Below, in pieces: positions 8,595 through 16,772 of a stretch of 53,234 nucleotides of DNA. Source of the DNA: Gemmatimonadota bacterium (GTDB taxonomy: Bacteria > Gemmatimonadota > Gemmatimonadetes > Palauibacterales > Palauibacteraceae); NCBI GenBank assembly GCA_046758745.1, contig JBHIAV010000016.1, positions 1 through 53,234 on the forward strand, given 5' to 3'. The first letter of the stretch is position 1. Every line of letters starts with the position of its first letter. Position numbers and translations under genes: made by a program. A model generated the notes under the pieces. That model was not told where the DNA came from and made no database searches. It saw only the letters and a program-made list of their open reading frames with translations.

Positions 8595-9784
8595 GCCTCG
8601 TCGTCCCCCTCTCCGGCCGCGGGGGAAGGTGGCTCCGGAGGAATGATCGACTCCGGCTCGCGGCCGGTCACGCCGAGGGCGGCGCACAGCTCCGAGAACA
8701 GCGACTGCAGAAGCTCCTCTACCTCACCCTCCCCGAGGTTGCGGATGCTTATCCTCGCCCCGGCCATCGTGCCGTGGCCGCCGGCCGACCCGCGCCCGCC
8801 CACCACCTCGCGCACCAGCTCCCCGGCGTGCGCCTCGGGCTGCAGGGTGCGAAGGGAGAGAAGGAGGTCATCGTGATACAGGCCGGATGCGATCACCCAC
8901 ACCACCCCCTCAACGCGCATGAAGAAGTCGGCGAGCTGCGCCACCATGTCGGGGTAGTCGAGGCGCCCGGCCGGCACGCAGATGACCCCGTCGGCTCTCC
9001 ACGCCCGCTCCAGAGCACTGTGGAGAGACTGAAAGAAACCAGGTGGGACGCGCGCGTGCCGGATACGCGAGATCGCGGCGGGATCCGACCTCGGATACAG
9101 ATACAAGCTCGCCCCCACGTCGGCCTCCGACACCTCCCGCCCGAGGTCCATCGTCTCGGTCTGGATCCCGTAGAACAGGGCGCTGGCGAGTCGACGGTCG
9201 GGCTCGAGCTTGGCAGCCCTCAGGTACTCCACGAGGATCGAGCAGCACGCGCCGTACTCGGGTCTCACATCGGCGAAGGTGGCACTCGAGCTCTCCGGGC
9301 GAAGTGGGTGGTGATCGATGACGAGCGTCGCGATCCGGCCGCCCGGCAGGGAATTGTTCCCGGCACGCGGCTGGGTGTCGACCAGCGCCACAAGAGCGTC
9401 GGAGGCGAATTGCACGGTCTCCACGCGCTGGAACGTCAGGTCGAGCTCGTCGATCAGGGCCCGGTTCTCGGCCCGCCCGATGATCCCCCCCACGGCGAAC
9501 GTGCTCGAAAGCCCGGCGGCCCTGTCGAGCAAGAAGGCGAGAGCGGCGACACACGCGATGGAGTCCGGATCGGGATTGTCGTGGGTCAGGATCACGACCC
9601 GTTCGGCGCCTTCGACCGCTCGCAGGAGGGCGGCGAGCCGCTCCGTCTGCTCTCCGCGTGTTCTTCGGGGGCTGCGCGGGCCTGTCTCTCCTCCCTCTCC
9701 CTCCTTGCGCTCCTGTGGATCGCCACCGCTCTCGGAGAGCGTCTCCTCTGGCGCGAGCCCCCGCTTCTTTTCCAGCCCCGCCAT
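8591..9784 (-). CDS. DHH family phosphoesterase
   Basis: THDNPDPDS, GIIGRAEN, VDTQP, IDHH, AGGHGTMAG; TGATG coupling to the upstream ORF. Confidence 0.88.
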   Translation of the reverse strand: MAGLEKKRGLAPEETLSESGGDPQERKEGEGGETGPRSPRRTRGEQTERLAALLRAVEGAERVVILTHDNPDPDSIACVAALAFLLDRAAGLSSTFAVGGIIGRAENRALIDELDLTFQRVETVQFASDALVALVDTQPRAGNNSLPGGRIATLVIDHHPLRPESSSATFADVRPEYGACCSILVEYLRAAKLEPDRRLASALFYGIQTETMDLGREVSEADVGASLYLYPRSDPAAISRIRHARVPPGFFQSLHSALERAWRADGVICVPAGRLDYPDMVAQLADFFMRVEGVVWVIASGLYHDDLLLSLRTLQPEAHAGELVREVVGGRGSAGGHGTMAGARISIRNLGEGEVEELLQSLFSELCAALGVTGREPESIIPPEPPSPAAGEGDDEA

Positions 9785-10053
9785 CAGTCCGAGCAGTCGC
9801 CGTGCGGGTAAGGATGTCCGCAGTTCGGGCACCGACCGCCCTTGCACCCTATCGGGCGGCGCGGCAGGGAAGCGCCGCACCGGAGGCAGGGCTCGAGGGC
9901 ATCGGAGTCGTCGCCGGAGCCCGGCCGGCCGGTCGCCGCGGCGGCTTGCGGCGCGGCAGGGGGTGTCCCGGCGACCGGGGTCGCGGCCGGCTCGACCACC
10001 GGTGCGCCCGCCGCTCGACCCCCCGAAAGTGCCGCCCTCCGCCGCCCGGTCAC
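9784..10053 (-). CDS. small Cys-rich zinc-finger protein
   Basis: Ala/Pro-rich N-terminus then CLRCG-x8-CK-x3-CPNCG-x5-GDCSD; overlaps both neighbours at stop/start codons (GTGA, TGATG). Confidence 0.7.
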   Translation of the reverse strand: MTGRRRAALSGGRAAGAPVVEPAATPVAGTPPAAPQAAAATGRPGSGDDSDALEPCLRCGASLPRRPIGCKGGRCPNCGHPYPHGDCSD

Positions 10054-10706
10054 CCGCTCCACCCGAACGCTCCGGTGAGGAACGGGTTCGAGGCAGCCTC
10101 GCGCTCGACCGTCGTCTCCGGGCCGTGACCCGAATAGAGGATCGTTCGCGGCGGGAGGGTCAGGATCTGCGCCCGGATCGACCGGAGGAGGGTCGAGGCA
10201 TCACCACCGGGGAGATCGGTTCGGCCGATCGAGCCGGCGAAGATGCAGTCCCCTACGAACGCCTCCTCGCCCGAGAAGAAGACGACGCCGCCCGGAGAGT
10301 GTCCGGGCGTGTGACGCACCTCGATGCGGATCCCGCCGAGCTCCAGGATCTGACCGTGCGACAGCTCATGGTCGGGCGGCGGTGGCTGCTCGACGTGGAG
10401 CCCGAACGCGGCGGCCTGCTCCGTCGCCCGCTCGTACAACGGGAGGTCCGCCGGGTGCAGATACACAGGGACCCCCGCGCTGCGCACGATCTCGGCCACC
10501 GCACCGACGTGGTCCATGTGTGCGTGGGTGAGCAGCACCGCCACCGGTTCGGCTCCCAAGCCGGCCAGGGCGTCGCGAATGCGGACTCCCTCGGCTCCCG
10601 GATCGATCACCACCGCCTCGGAGCCGGAGTCGCAGCGGATCAGATAGCAGTTCGACTGGACCGGACCCAGCGTGAGGCGGAGGACGGAGATCGGGCCTTC
10701 GTTCAT
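10050..10706 (-). CDS. MBL-fold metallohydrolase (glyoxalase II/YcbL-like)
   Basis: THAHMDH, TPGHSPG, GDCIF, GRTDLPGG, SGHG. Confidence 0.92.
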   Translation of the reverse strand: MNEGPISVLRLTLGPVQSNCYLIRCDSGSEAVVIDPGAEGVRIRDALAGLGAEPVAVLLTHAHMDHVGAVAEIVRSAGVPVYLHPADLPLYERATEQAAAFGLHVEQPPPPDHELSHGQILELGGIRIEVRHTPGHSPGGVVFFSGEEAFVGDCIFAGSIGRTDLPGGDASTLLRSIRAQILTLPPRTILYSGHGPETTVEREAASNPFLTGAFGWSG

Positions 10707-10882
10707 CGCGCCGCCCGTGAAGCGAACTCCGGATCAAGGGAAGGGCTCGATCGATCCGATCGAACTGCGGTGCGGCATCTGCCGCCGGAGCCGCCGGCCG
10801 GATCGGGCACCGCGCAACGGACCCGACCGGAAGGCTGCACGCGTAGCGGCCGGCCGCTACCGGCCCCGGCCGGGGAGATGGG

Positions 10883-11257
10883 TCAGACGGAGAAGGAGGT
10901 GCCGCAGCCGCAACCCCCGGTGGCATTCGGGTTGTTGAACGTGAATCCGGACCCCTGGAAGCTGCTGTGGTAGTCGATCACGACGCCGTCGAGGTATTGC
11001 GCGCTGAACGGGTCCACGAAGAGACGCACCCCCTCGGATTCCAGCACGAAGTCATCCTCCCGAGAGGAGTCCTCCACCTCGAGGCCGTACTGGAACCCCG
11101 AACACCCGCCGGGAAGGACGCTCACGCGAAGTCCCGCCGTCTCGGTGCTCACCTTCTCCTGCTCCAGGAACTTGCGCACCTGTTCGCCTGCCATCGCGGT
11201 GAGGCTCACCATCGCCGGTCCCCGCGTTGCGGATGCTCTGTGTGTGGCGTTCGCCAT
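10883..11257 (-). CDS. A-type Fe-S cluster carrier (IscA/ErpA/HesB family)
   Basis: GGCSGFQY, FNNPNA, CGCGTSF; ATG 11257 after GGGAGG. Confidence 0.95.
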   Translation of the reverse strand: MANATHRASATRGPAMVSLTAMAGEQVRKFLEQEKVSTETAGLRVSVLPGGCSGFQYGLEVEDSSREDDFVLESEGVRLFVDPFSAQYLDGVVIDYHSSFQGSGFTFNNPNATGGCGCGTSFSV

Positions 11258-11285
11258 CTGGCCTCCCATCTCAACACTACGCGAA

Positions 11286-11315
11286 ATCGTAGGTCCGCAT
11301 TCGAATCCCTGTCAA
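11286..11315 (-). promoter_or_regulatory. sigma70 promoter of the erpA/iscA-like gene
   Basis: Minus strand TTGACA-N18-TACGAT, 29 nt upstream of the ATG. Confidence 0.6.
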
Positions 11316-11395
11316 GCCGATCGCCCATCCCGAGGGCAGCCAATTCCATGCCAGCTGCCATGCAGCCCGCCGCGGCGGCGGGCTTGTGGCCGGCC

Positions 11396-12415
11396 TCAGG
11401 CGGTGGCGGCCGAAGCCTCCGATGCCGGCGGACTCGGGCCCGCCTCGCGGCTCGCCTCCCGCTCCTCCCGCTCTTTGAGGTATCGCTCGGCCGCGAAGAC
11501 CGCCGTGGTCGCGTCCCCCACGGCCGTCGTGATCTGCCGCACGAGCTGCGACCGAACGTCACCCGCGACGAACAGTCCGGGGACCGATGTCCGCATGTCA
11601 CGGTCCGTCACGATGTAACCGGCCCCGTCGTGCTCCACGTGCTCCTTCACGATGCCCGTGTTCGGCGTGAACCCGATGAATATAAACACGCCGGTGGCCG
11701 CGAGTTCCAGGCGCTCCTCCGTCTTCACGTTCCGAAGCCTGAGGCCGGTCACCCCCGCCGCTCCGCCGACGATCTCCTCCACCACCGTATCCCACACCAC
11801 CTCGACCTTCGGGTTGCGGAGCAGCCGATCCCGTAGCACGGCCTGCGCGCGGAACTCATCCCGGCGGTGGATGACGTACACCTTCGATCCGTATCGTGTG
11901 AGAAACTCGCCTTCCTCGACAGCGGAGTCCCCGCCACCGACGACGGCGATCACCTCACCCTTGAAGAACGCCCCGTCGCAGATGGCGCAGTAGCTCACCC
12001 CACGGCCAGCGTACTCCTCCTCGCCCGGGACACCGAGCTTTCGGGGCGTGCCCCCCGCCGTCAGGATGACGGCCGGCGCCTGATAGAGGGAGCCACCCTC
12101 CAGGCGGACGAGGAAGCGTCCGTCAGGACCGCGCTCGACCGACTCCACCGAACCGTGGGTGATGTCGAGGCCGAACTTGCGGGCGTGGGCGGCCATCCTC
12201 TCCGAGAGCTCCATCCCGCCCACCTCCTCCAGTCCCGGGTAGTCGTCCACCAGCTCGGTGAGAAGCAGCTGCCCGCCGGGACCCCCGCGCTCCAGCACAA
12301 CGGCGTCCAGCTCGGAGCGTGCCGCGTACAGGGCCGCACACAGTCCAGCCGGTCCGGCACCCACGATGATCAGCTCGTGCTCCACGATCCGAGTCGCGTC
12401 GTCCCGTTGCTTCAT
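11396..12415 (-). CDS. trxB: thioredoxin-disulfide reductase
   Basis: GAGPAG, GGQL, VSYCAICDG, GGGDSAVEE, HRRDEFRA, AGDVR. Confidence 0.96.
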   Translation of the reverse strand: MKQRDDATRIVEHELIIVGAGPAGLCAALYAARSELDAVVLERGGPGGQLLLTELVDDYPGLEEVGGMELSERMAAHARKFGLDITHGSVESVERGPDGRFLVRLEGGSLYQAPAVILTAGGTPRKLGVPGEEEYAGRGVSYCAICDGAFFKGEVIAVVGGGDSAVEEGEFLTRYGSKVYVIHRRDEFRAQAVLRDRLLRNPKVEVVWDTVVEEIVGGAAGVTGLRLRNVKTEERLELAATGVFIFIGFTPNTGIVKEHVEHDGAGYIVTDRDMRTSVPGLFVAGDVRSQLVRQITTAVGDATTAVFAAERYLKEREEREASREAGPSPPASEASAATA

Positions 12416-12434
12416 CGCGCCATCCGGTGTCGGT

Positions 12435-13277
12435 TCAATCTTCGGCCGAGGGGTCGGCGTCCTTCACCGCGCGCTCGGCGATCTCCTTCATCCACCTGAG
12501 AGGCACGCGCTGTGAGCCGAGCTCCGCGCGCTCCGAATCTGGCCCGTGCCAGTCAGAGCCACCACCCCGCAAGAGCCCGTGCTGGTGGACGAGCGCCTCC
12601 ATGCTCCGCCGCGTCGGCAGCCGGTTGTCCGGATGGAGGATCTCGATCCCGTCCAGTCCCGCCCGGATCCACCGTCGCACCTCCGGGGCACGGTGCACCC
12701 GGCCCGGATGCGCGAGCAGCACCACGCCGCCGGCCGCGTGGACCACGCCGATCACCATCTCAGGCGGGGTTGGTCGTTTCTCCACGAAGGCCGGCCGGCC
12801 GCGGGCGAGGTACCTTTCGAAGGCGGCCCGGGTTCCACCGACCAGACCTTCTGCGACCAGGGCCCGGGCCACATGGGCTCTCGTGGGCACGCCCGCGCCG
12901 GCCTCGCGGCGCACCGCCTCAAGGTCGAGTGGGACACCAACATCGTTGAGCCGCTCGACGATCCGGCCCGCCCGGCGCTCCCGGTCGACCCGATATTCGC
13001 GGAGAAAGGCGGCGAGGCCGGGTTCCTCCCCGTCGAAGCAATACGCCAGCAGGTGGATCGACCGGCCCGGTTCGTTCGAGGAGAGCTCGGCCCCCGGGAG
13101 GAAAGCCAGCCCGAGCCGTGCGGCCTCCGCCGAGGCCTCCTGGAGACCGGCGACGGTATCGTGATCGGTGAGCGCCAGCCCGACCAGCCCGCGCGCCGCC
13201 ACCTCGCGGACCACCTCGGCCGGCGCGAGGCGTCCGTCGGAAGCGGTCGAATGGAGATGCAGATCGACGTACCCCAT
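12435..13277 (-). CDS. PHP-domain phosphoesterase (TrpH/YciV/RNase AM-like)
   Basis: DLHLHSTASDG, LTDHD, IHLLAY, LAHP, GGSDWHG. Confidence 0.92.
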   Translation of the reverse strand: MGYVDLHLHSTASDGRLAPAEVVREVAARGLVGLALTDHDTVAGLQEASAEAARLGLAFLPGAELSSNEPGRSIHLLAYCFDGEEPGLAAFLREYRVDRERRAGRIVERLNDVGVPLDLEAVRREAGAGVPTRAHVARALVAEGLVGGTRAAFERYLARGRPAFVEKRPTPPEMVIGVVHAAGGVVLLAHPGRVHRAPEVRRWIRAGLDGIEILHPDNRLPTRRSMEALVHQHGLLRGGGSDWHGPDSERAELGSQRVPLRWMKEIAERAVKDADPSAED

Positions 13278-13416
13278 CTCAGCAATATCGTGCTCATCTC
13301 GCGAAACCAGGGAGGAAAGCCCGGCTCCTCGCCCCCGTCTCCACCGACTCGCCGGGTCCGGCCCGGGTCGGCGGCGGCGCCGAAGCCCGAAGAGCGGCTG
13401 CTCCGGCCGTTCTCGT

Positions 13417-13665
13417 TCAGCGGAGGTACATTTGGGGATAGTCGAGGGAGCGTGAGGCCTCGAAGAGCTCGCGGAGCTCGCTGTCCCGTAGCGCCTCCAG
13501 CTCCTCCGCGTTCTTCAATCGGTCTGCCGGAACCTCGACGACCCGGTACGGTCGCTGGCTCGTCGTGACGCAGAAGAAGACCACGGCCTGCGTCTCCGGT
13601 CGCGGGGGGCACTCGCTCAGCCGCGCCCTCCACGTGTCGCCGTCCGCCTTGATGGGTCGGGGCAT
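13417..13665 (-). CDS. small hypothetical protein
   Basis: 82-aa ORF with typical codon use that fills the gap on the operon strand. Confidence 0.7.
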   Translation of the reverse strand: MPRPIKADGDTWRARLSECPPRPETQAVVFFCVTTSQRPYRVVEVPADRLKNAEELEALRDSELRELFEASRSLDYPQMYLR

Positions 13666-13742
13666 CGCTCAACCTGGATCAGGAGCGGTCCGCGCCGGCA
13701 CGGTGGGATCGCGTCGGGGGCGACGGCATGGCAGCCCGCCCG

Positions 13743-14462
13743 TCAGACCCGCTCCACGCGGATCATCGTCGCGAGACGCCGGTCGACCACGCGTTCGGTG
13801 CCCTCCACGCTCAAGGTCAGGGGACCGCCGAACGGCCTTTTCTCCCGAAGGACCACGACCGTGCCGGGAAAGAGCCCGAGCGACGCCAGGTAGCGGAGCC
13901 GTTGGGAATCCTCGTCCGACACCTCCCGCACGACCGCCGGCGTGCCCACGGGAAGATCGGCCAGGCTGTCGAACTCGCGCCGCGCGATCTCGCCGTCCCG
14001 GGTCGGAATCGGTGCCCCGTGGGGATCGATGGCCGGGCGGCCGAGGGCCCGATCCATCCGGTCGATCAGGATCTCCGAGGCCGCGTGCTCCAGCCGCTCC
14101 GCCTCCGCGTGAACCCCGTCCCACGTGTACTCGAGCTTCTCGATCAGGTACGCCTCGATGACACGGTGACGGCGAATGATCCGGAGAGCCGCCTGTTCTC
14201 CCTCGGAGGTGAGAAGCACCCCGCGGTACGGCACGTGCTCGAGGAGCCCCTGATCGGCGAGGGCCTTGACCATGTTCGTCACCGAAGCCGCCGACCGGCC
14301 CAGCTCCTCGGCAAGCGCCGAGGTGGAGACCGAGTCGCCTCCCGCCTGCAGCTTGTACACCGCTTTCAGGTAGTCTTCCGCGGCCCGGCTGGGCGCCCTC
14401 TCCGGGGCGGTCCCGGCCCGGGTCCCGCCGGCTCTGGCTCGCTTGGGCACGTTCTTCACCAC
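13743..14462 (-). CDS. DtxR/MntR-family metal-dependent regulator with FeoA domain
   Basis: EDYLKAVY, ASVTNMVK, RRHRVIE, EAERLEH, DPHGAPIP and an SH3/FeoA-like C-terminus. Confidence 0.93.
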   Translation of the reverse strand: MVKNVPKRARAGGTRAGTAPERAPSRAAEDYLKAVYKLQAGGDSVSTSALAEELGRSAASVTNMVKALADQGLLEHVPYRGVLLTSEGEQAALRIIRRHRVIEAYLIEKLEYTWDGVHAEAERLEHAASEILIDRMDRALGRPAIDPHGAPIPTRDGEIARREFDSLADLPVGTPAVVREVSDEDSQRLRYLASLGLFPGTVVVLREKRPFGGPLTLSVEGTERVVDRRLATMIRVERV

Positions 14463-14474
14463 TGCGCCGTCCCA

Positions 14475-15545
14475 TCACTCGGGAACGAAGCTGACCTCCT
14501 CCGACAGGTTCGCCAGGAAAGTCGCGATCAGATCCGCCGCCTCCTCCACATCCTCGGTGGCGACGACCTGGTTCGGACTGTGCATGTAACGATCGGGAAT
14601 CGACACGAGTCCCGTGGCGACCCCGGCCCGCGACATCCGGACGGCATCCGCATCCGTGCCCGTCATCGACGGCGAGGCCTGCATCTGGTAGGCGATTCCG
14701 GCCTCGCCCGCCGCCTCGACGAGTCGGCCGAGTACCACGCCGTTCACCGCGGCCCCGCGGCTCAGTACCGGGCCGCCCCCGAGTTTTACCTCCCCGTGTT
14801 CCTTCCGGTCCACCGACGGGTGGTCGGTGGCGTGGGTGACGTCGATCACGATCCCCACCTGCGGATCGAGCGCGAAGGTGCTCGTGCGAGCGCCACCACC
14901 GGCGACGTACCCGATCTCCTCCTGGGTGGTGGCGACCGCGACCACGTGCGCCGTGCAGCCCGTTTCCTTGGCCCGGCGAAGCGCCTCGAGGGCCACGACG
15001 GCGCCGACGCGGTCGTCGATGGAGCGCGCAACCAGCCGGCCGTTGGTCAGCTCGACGGTGTCGGAACGAACCACCGCCACGTCGCCCACCGCGACCAGCT
15101 CCCTGGCCTCCTCTCCGTTCTTGGCGCCAATGTCGATCCACAGCTCCTTGAGCTTGACCGCCTTTTCCAGATCCTCTCGGGGGATCAGGTGGACTGCCCG
15201 TCGCCCGATCACTCCGAGAACCGTCCGGTCGCGCCCGAGCAGCTCGACACGTTGTCCGACCAGCACCTGCGGGTCCCACCCACCTACTCCCTTCACGTAC
15301 AGGTAGCCATCGTCGTCGATGTGGTGGACCATGAGTCCGATCTCGTCGATGTGGCCGGCCAGCATCACCCGCGGAGCGGCTCCCACGTTGATGGCGGCGA
15401 AGCTGTTCCCGTGGACATCCCGCCACGTCTCGTCCGCGAACGCCTCCGCCTCCTCGCGCCAGATGGCCGCCGCGGCCGTCTCGAATCCGGAGGGCCCCCG
15501 AGCGTCGAGGAGCCGGCCCAGCACTTCTCGGGTGCGTGAGTCCAT
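14475..15545 (-). CDS. M42 family aminopeptidase
   Basis: GPSGFE, AGHIDEIG, DDRVG, QEEIG, DVTHA, GTDA, RYMHS. Confidence 0.93.
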   Translation of the reverse strand: MDSRTREVLGRLLDARGPSGFETAAAAIWREEAEAFADETWRDVHGNSFAAINVGAAPRVMLAGHIDEIGLMVHHIDDDGYLYVKGVGGWDPQVLVGQRVELLGRDRTVLGVIGRRAVHLIPREDLEKAVKLKELWIDIGAKNGEEARELVAVGDVAVVRSDTVELTNGRLVARSIDDRVGAVVALEALRRAKETGCTAHVVAVATTQEEIGYVAGGGARTSTFALDPQVGIVIDVTHATDHPSVDRKEHGEVKLGGGPVLSRGAAVNGVVLGRLVEAAGEAGIAYQMQASPSMTGTDADAVRMSRAGVATGLVSIPDRYMHSPNQVVATEDVEEAADLIATFLANLSEEVSFVPE

Positions 15546-15687
15546 GGATGCTCGATCCCTCACGTTGGAGGTCAGCGGTCGTCTCGCTCACCGGCCGTGG
15601 CGAGCGAGCTCCGGGGCGGGGCGGCCGGGCCGAAAAGGCTACGACACGCGTCCTCCGAGGGCAACGGGGCCGCCGGATCCGGTCGCG

Positions 15688-16017
15688 CTACTCCAGGGCA
15701 CGAAGCCGCTCGCGCACCTTGCGCATCAGCTCCTCGGCGTGCCGTGCCTGCAAGCCCTTCTCCCGGAGGTAATCCAGGAACAGTCGCTCAAAGTTGAAGT
15801 GCGGATAGCACCGCCGGCAAGTTCGCAGATGCTCGTCGATGCGGGCGCTCGTGGCCGAATCGAGCTCACCGTCCAGATACTCGTATACGTACCGGAGAGA
15901 CTCCTCGCACGATCCCGGAGGGGGAGGGGGCGACCGGTCACCTCCCTCGGGGCCGGGCGAGGCGCGGCGGGCCCGGCGGCCCCGGCCCCCGCCCTCGCCG
16001 AGCTCGGGCGGGCTCAC
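15688..16017 (-). CDS. zinc-binding anti-sigma factor (zf-HC2, RsrA/RshA-like)
   Basis: CEESL...YEYLDGEL...HLRTCRRC (HxxxCxxC); GTGA overlap with the sigma stop. Confidence 0.88.
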   Translation of the reverse strand: MSPPELGEGGGRGRRARRASPGPEGGDRSPPPPPGSCEESLRYVYEYLDGELDSATSARIDEHLRTCRRCYPHFNFERLFLDYLREKGLQARHAEELMRKVRERLRALE

Positions 16018-16589
16018 CGGATGTACCCCATCTCGAGAGCGTACTGGTACAGCGTCTCCTGCAGCCGTTTGCGGGCCCGGAAGAGACGGGATTTCACGGT
16101 GCCGACGGGGATCCCCATGAGTTCCGACACCTCCTGATAACTGAGGCCCTCGAGGTCGGCGAGCACCACGGGCACCCGAAACTCCTCCGGCAGCCCCTCG
16201 ATGGCGGCGATCACCTGCTCGTCGATGATCCGCTCGAAGATCGTGCCCTCCGGGTCGGCCTCGTAGAGCGACGACGAGGACGGGCGCTCCGCCACATCCT
16301 CGAACTCCACATCGTCGGGCCGGCCTTTCCGGCGACGAAAATCGTTGATGAACGTGTTGCGCAGGATGGTCATGAGCCACGCGCGGCAGTTGGTGCCCGT
16401 CTCGAAGTGGTCCCAGGAGCGGTAGGCCTTGAGAATGGAGTCCTGCACCAGGTCCTGTGCGCGCGGCTCATCGCCGCCGGTGAGCCGGAGGGCGAGGCCG
16501 TACAGGGCGTCGAGGTGGACGAGCGCCTCCTCCTCGAACTCGCGCTGCTTCTCGTCGTCTCCCGTCACGGGGCCCTGCGGCGGGCTCAT
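16014..16589 (-). CDS. ECF RNA polymerase sigma factor (SigH/SigR-like)
   Basis: AQDLVQD, GTNCRAWLMTILRNTFIN, LPEEFR, PVGTVKSRLFRAR. Confidence 0.93.
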   Translation of the reverse strand: MSPPQGPVTGDDEKQREFEEEALVHLDALYGLALRLTGGDEPRAQDLVQDSILKAYRSWDHFETGTNCRAWLMTILRNTFINDFRRRKGRPDDVEFEDVAERPSSSSLYEADPEGTIFERIIDEQVIAAIEGLPEEFRVPVVLADLEGLSYQEVSELMGIPVGTVKSRLFRARKRLQETLYQYALEMGYIR

Positions 16590-16772
16590 CCGCGACCCGG
16601 CGCCAGTGGACCGTCCCGCTGGAGGCGCCGGCCGATCCGTGCGCCCTCCGGGCCGGCGGAACGCCAATCGATCACGCGGGCGGCAAGGAACGCCGCACGG
16701 TCGGCGACCGTACTAACCTCTCGGGTTGTGGGTTCGGCCATCGGGAGCGTCTCCTTTCAGCCCGCCCGATGA

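Noticed and set aside
13278-13300. GATATT 6 nt before the PHP ATG as a leaderless promoter
   Set aside because: Weak -10 match and no convincing -35; cannot be supported from sequence alone.
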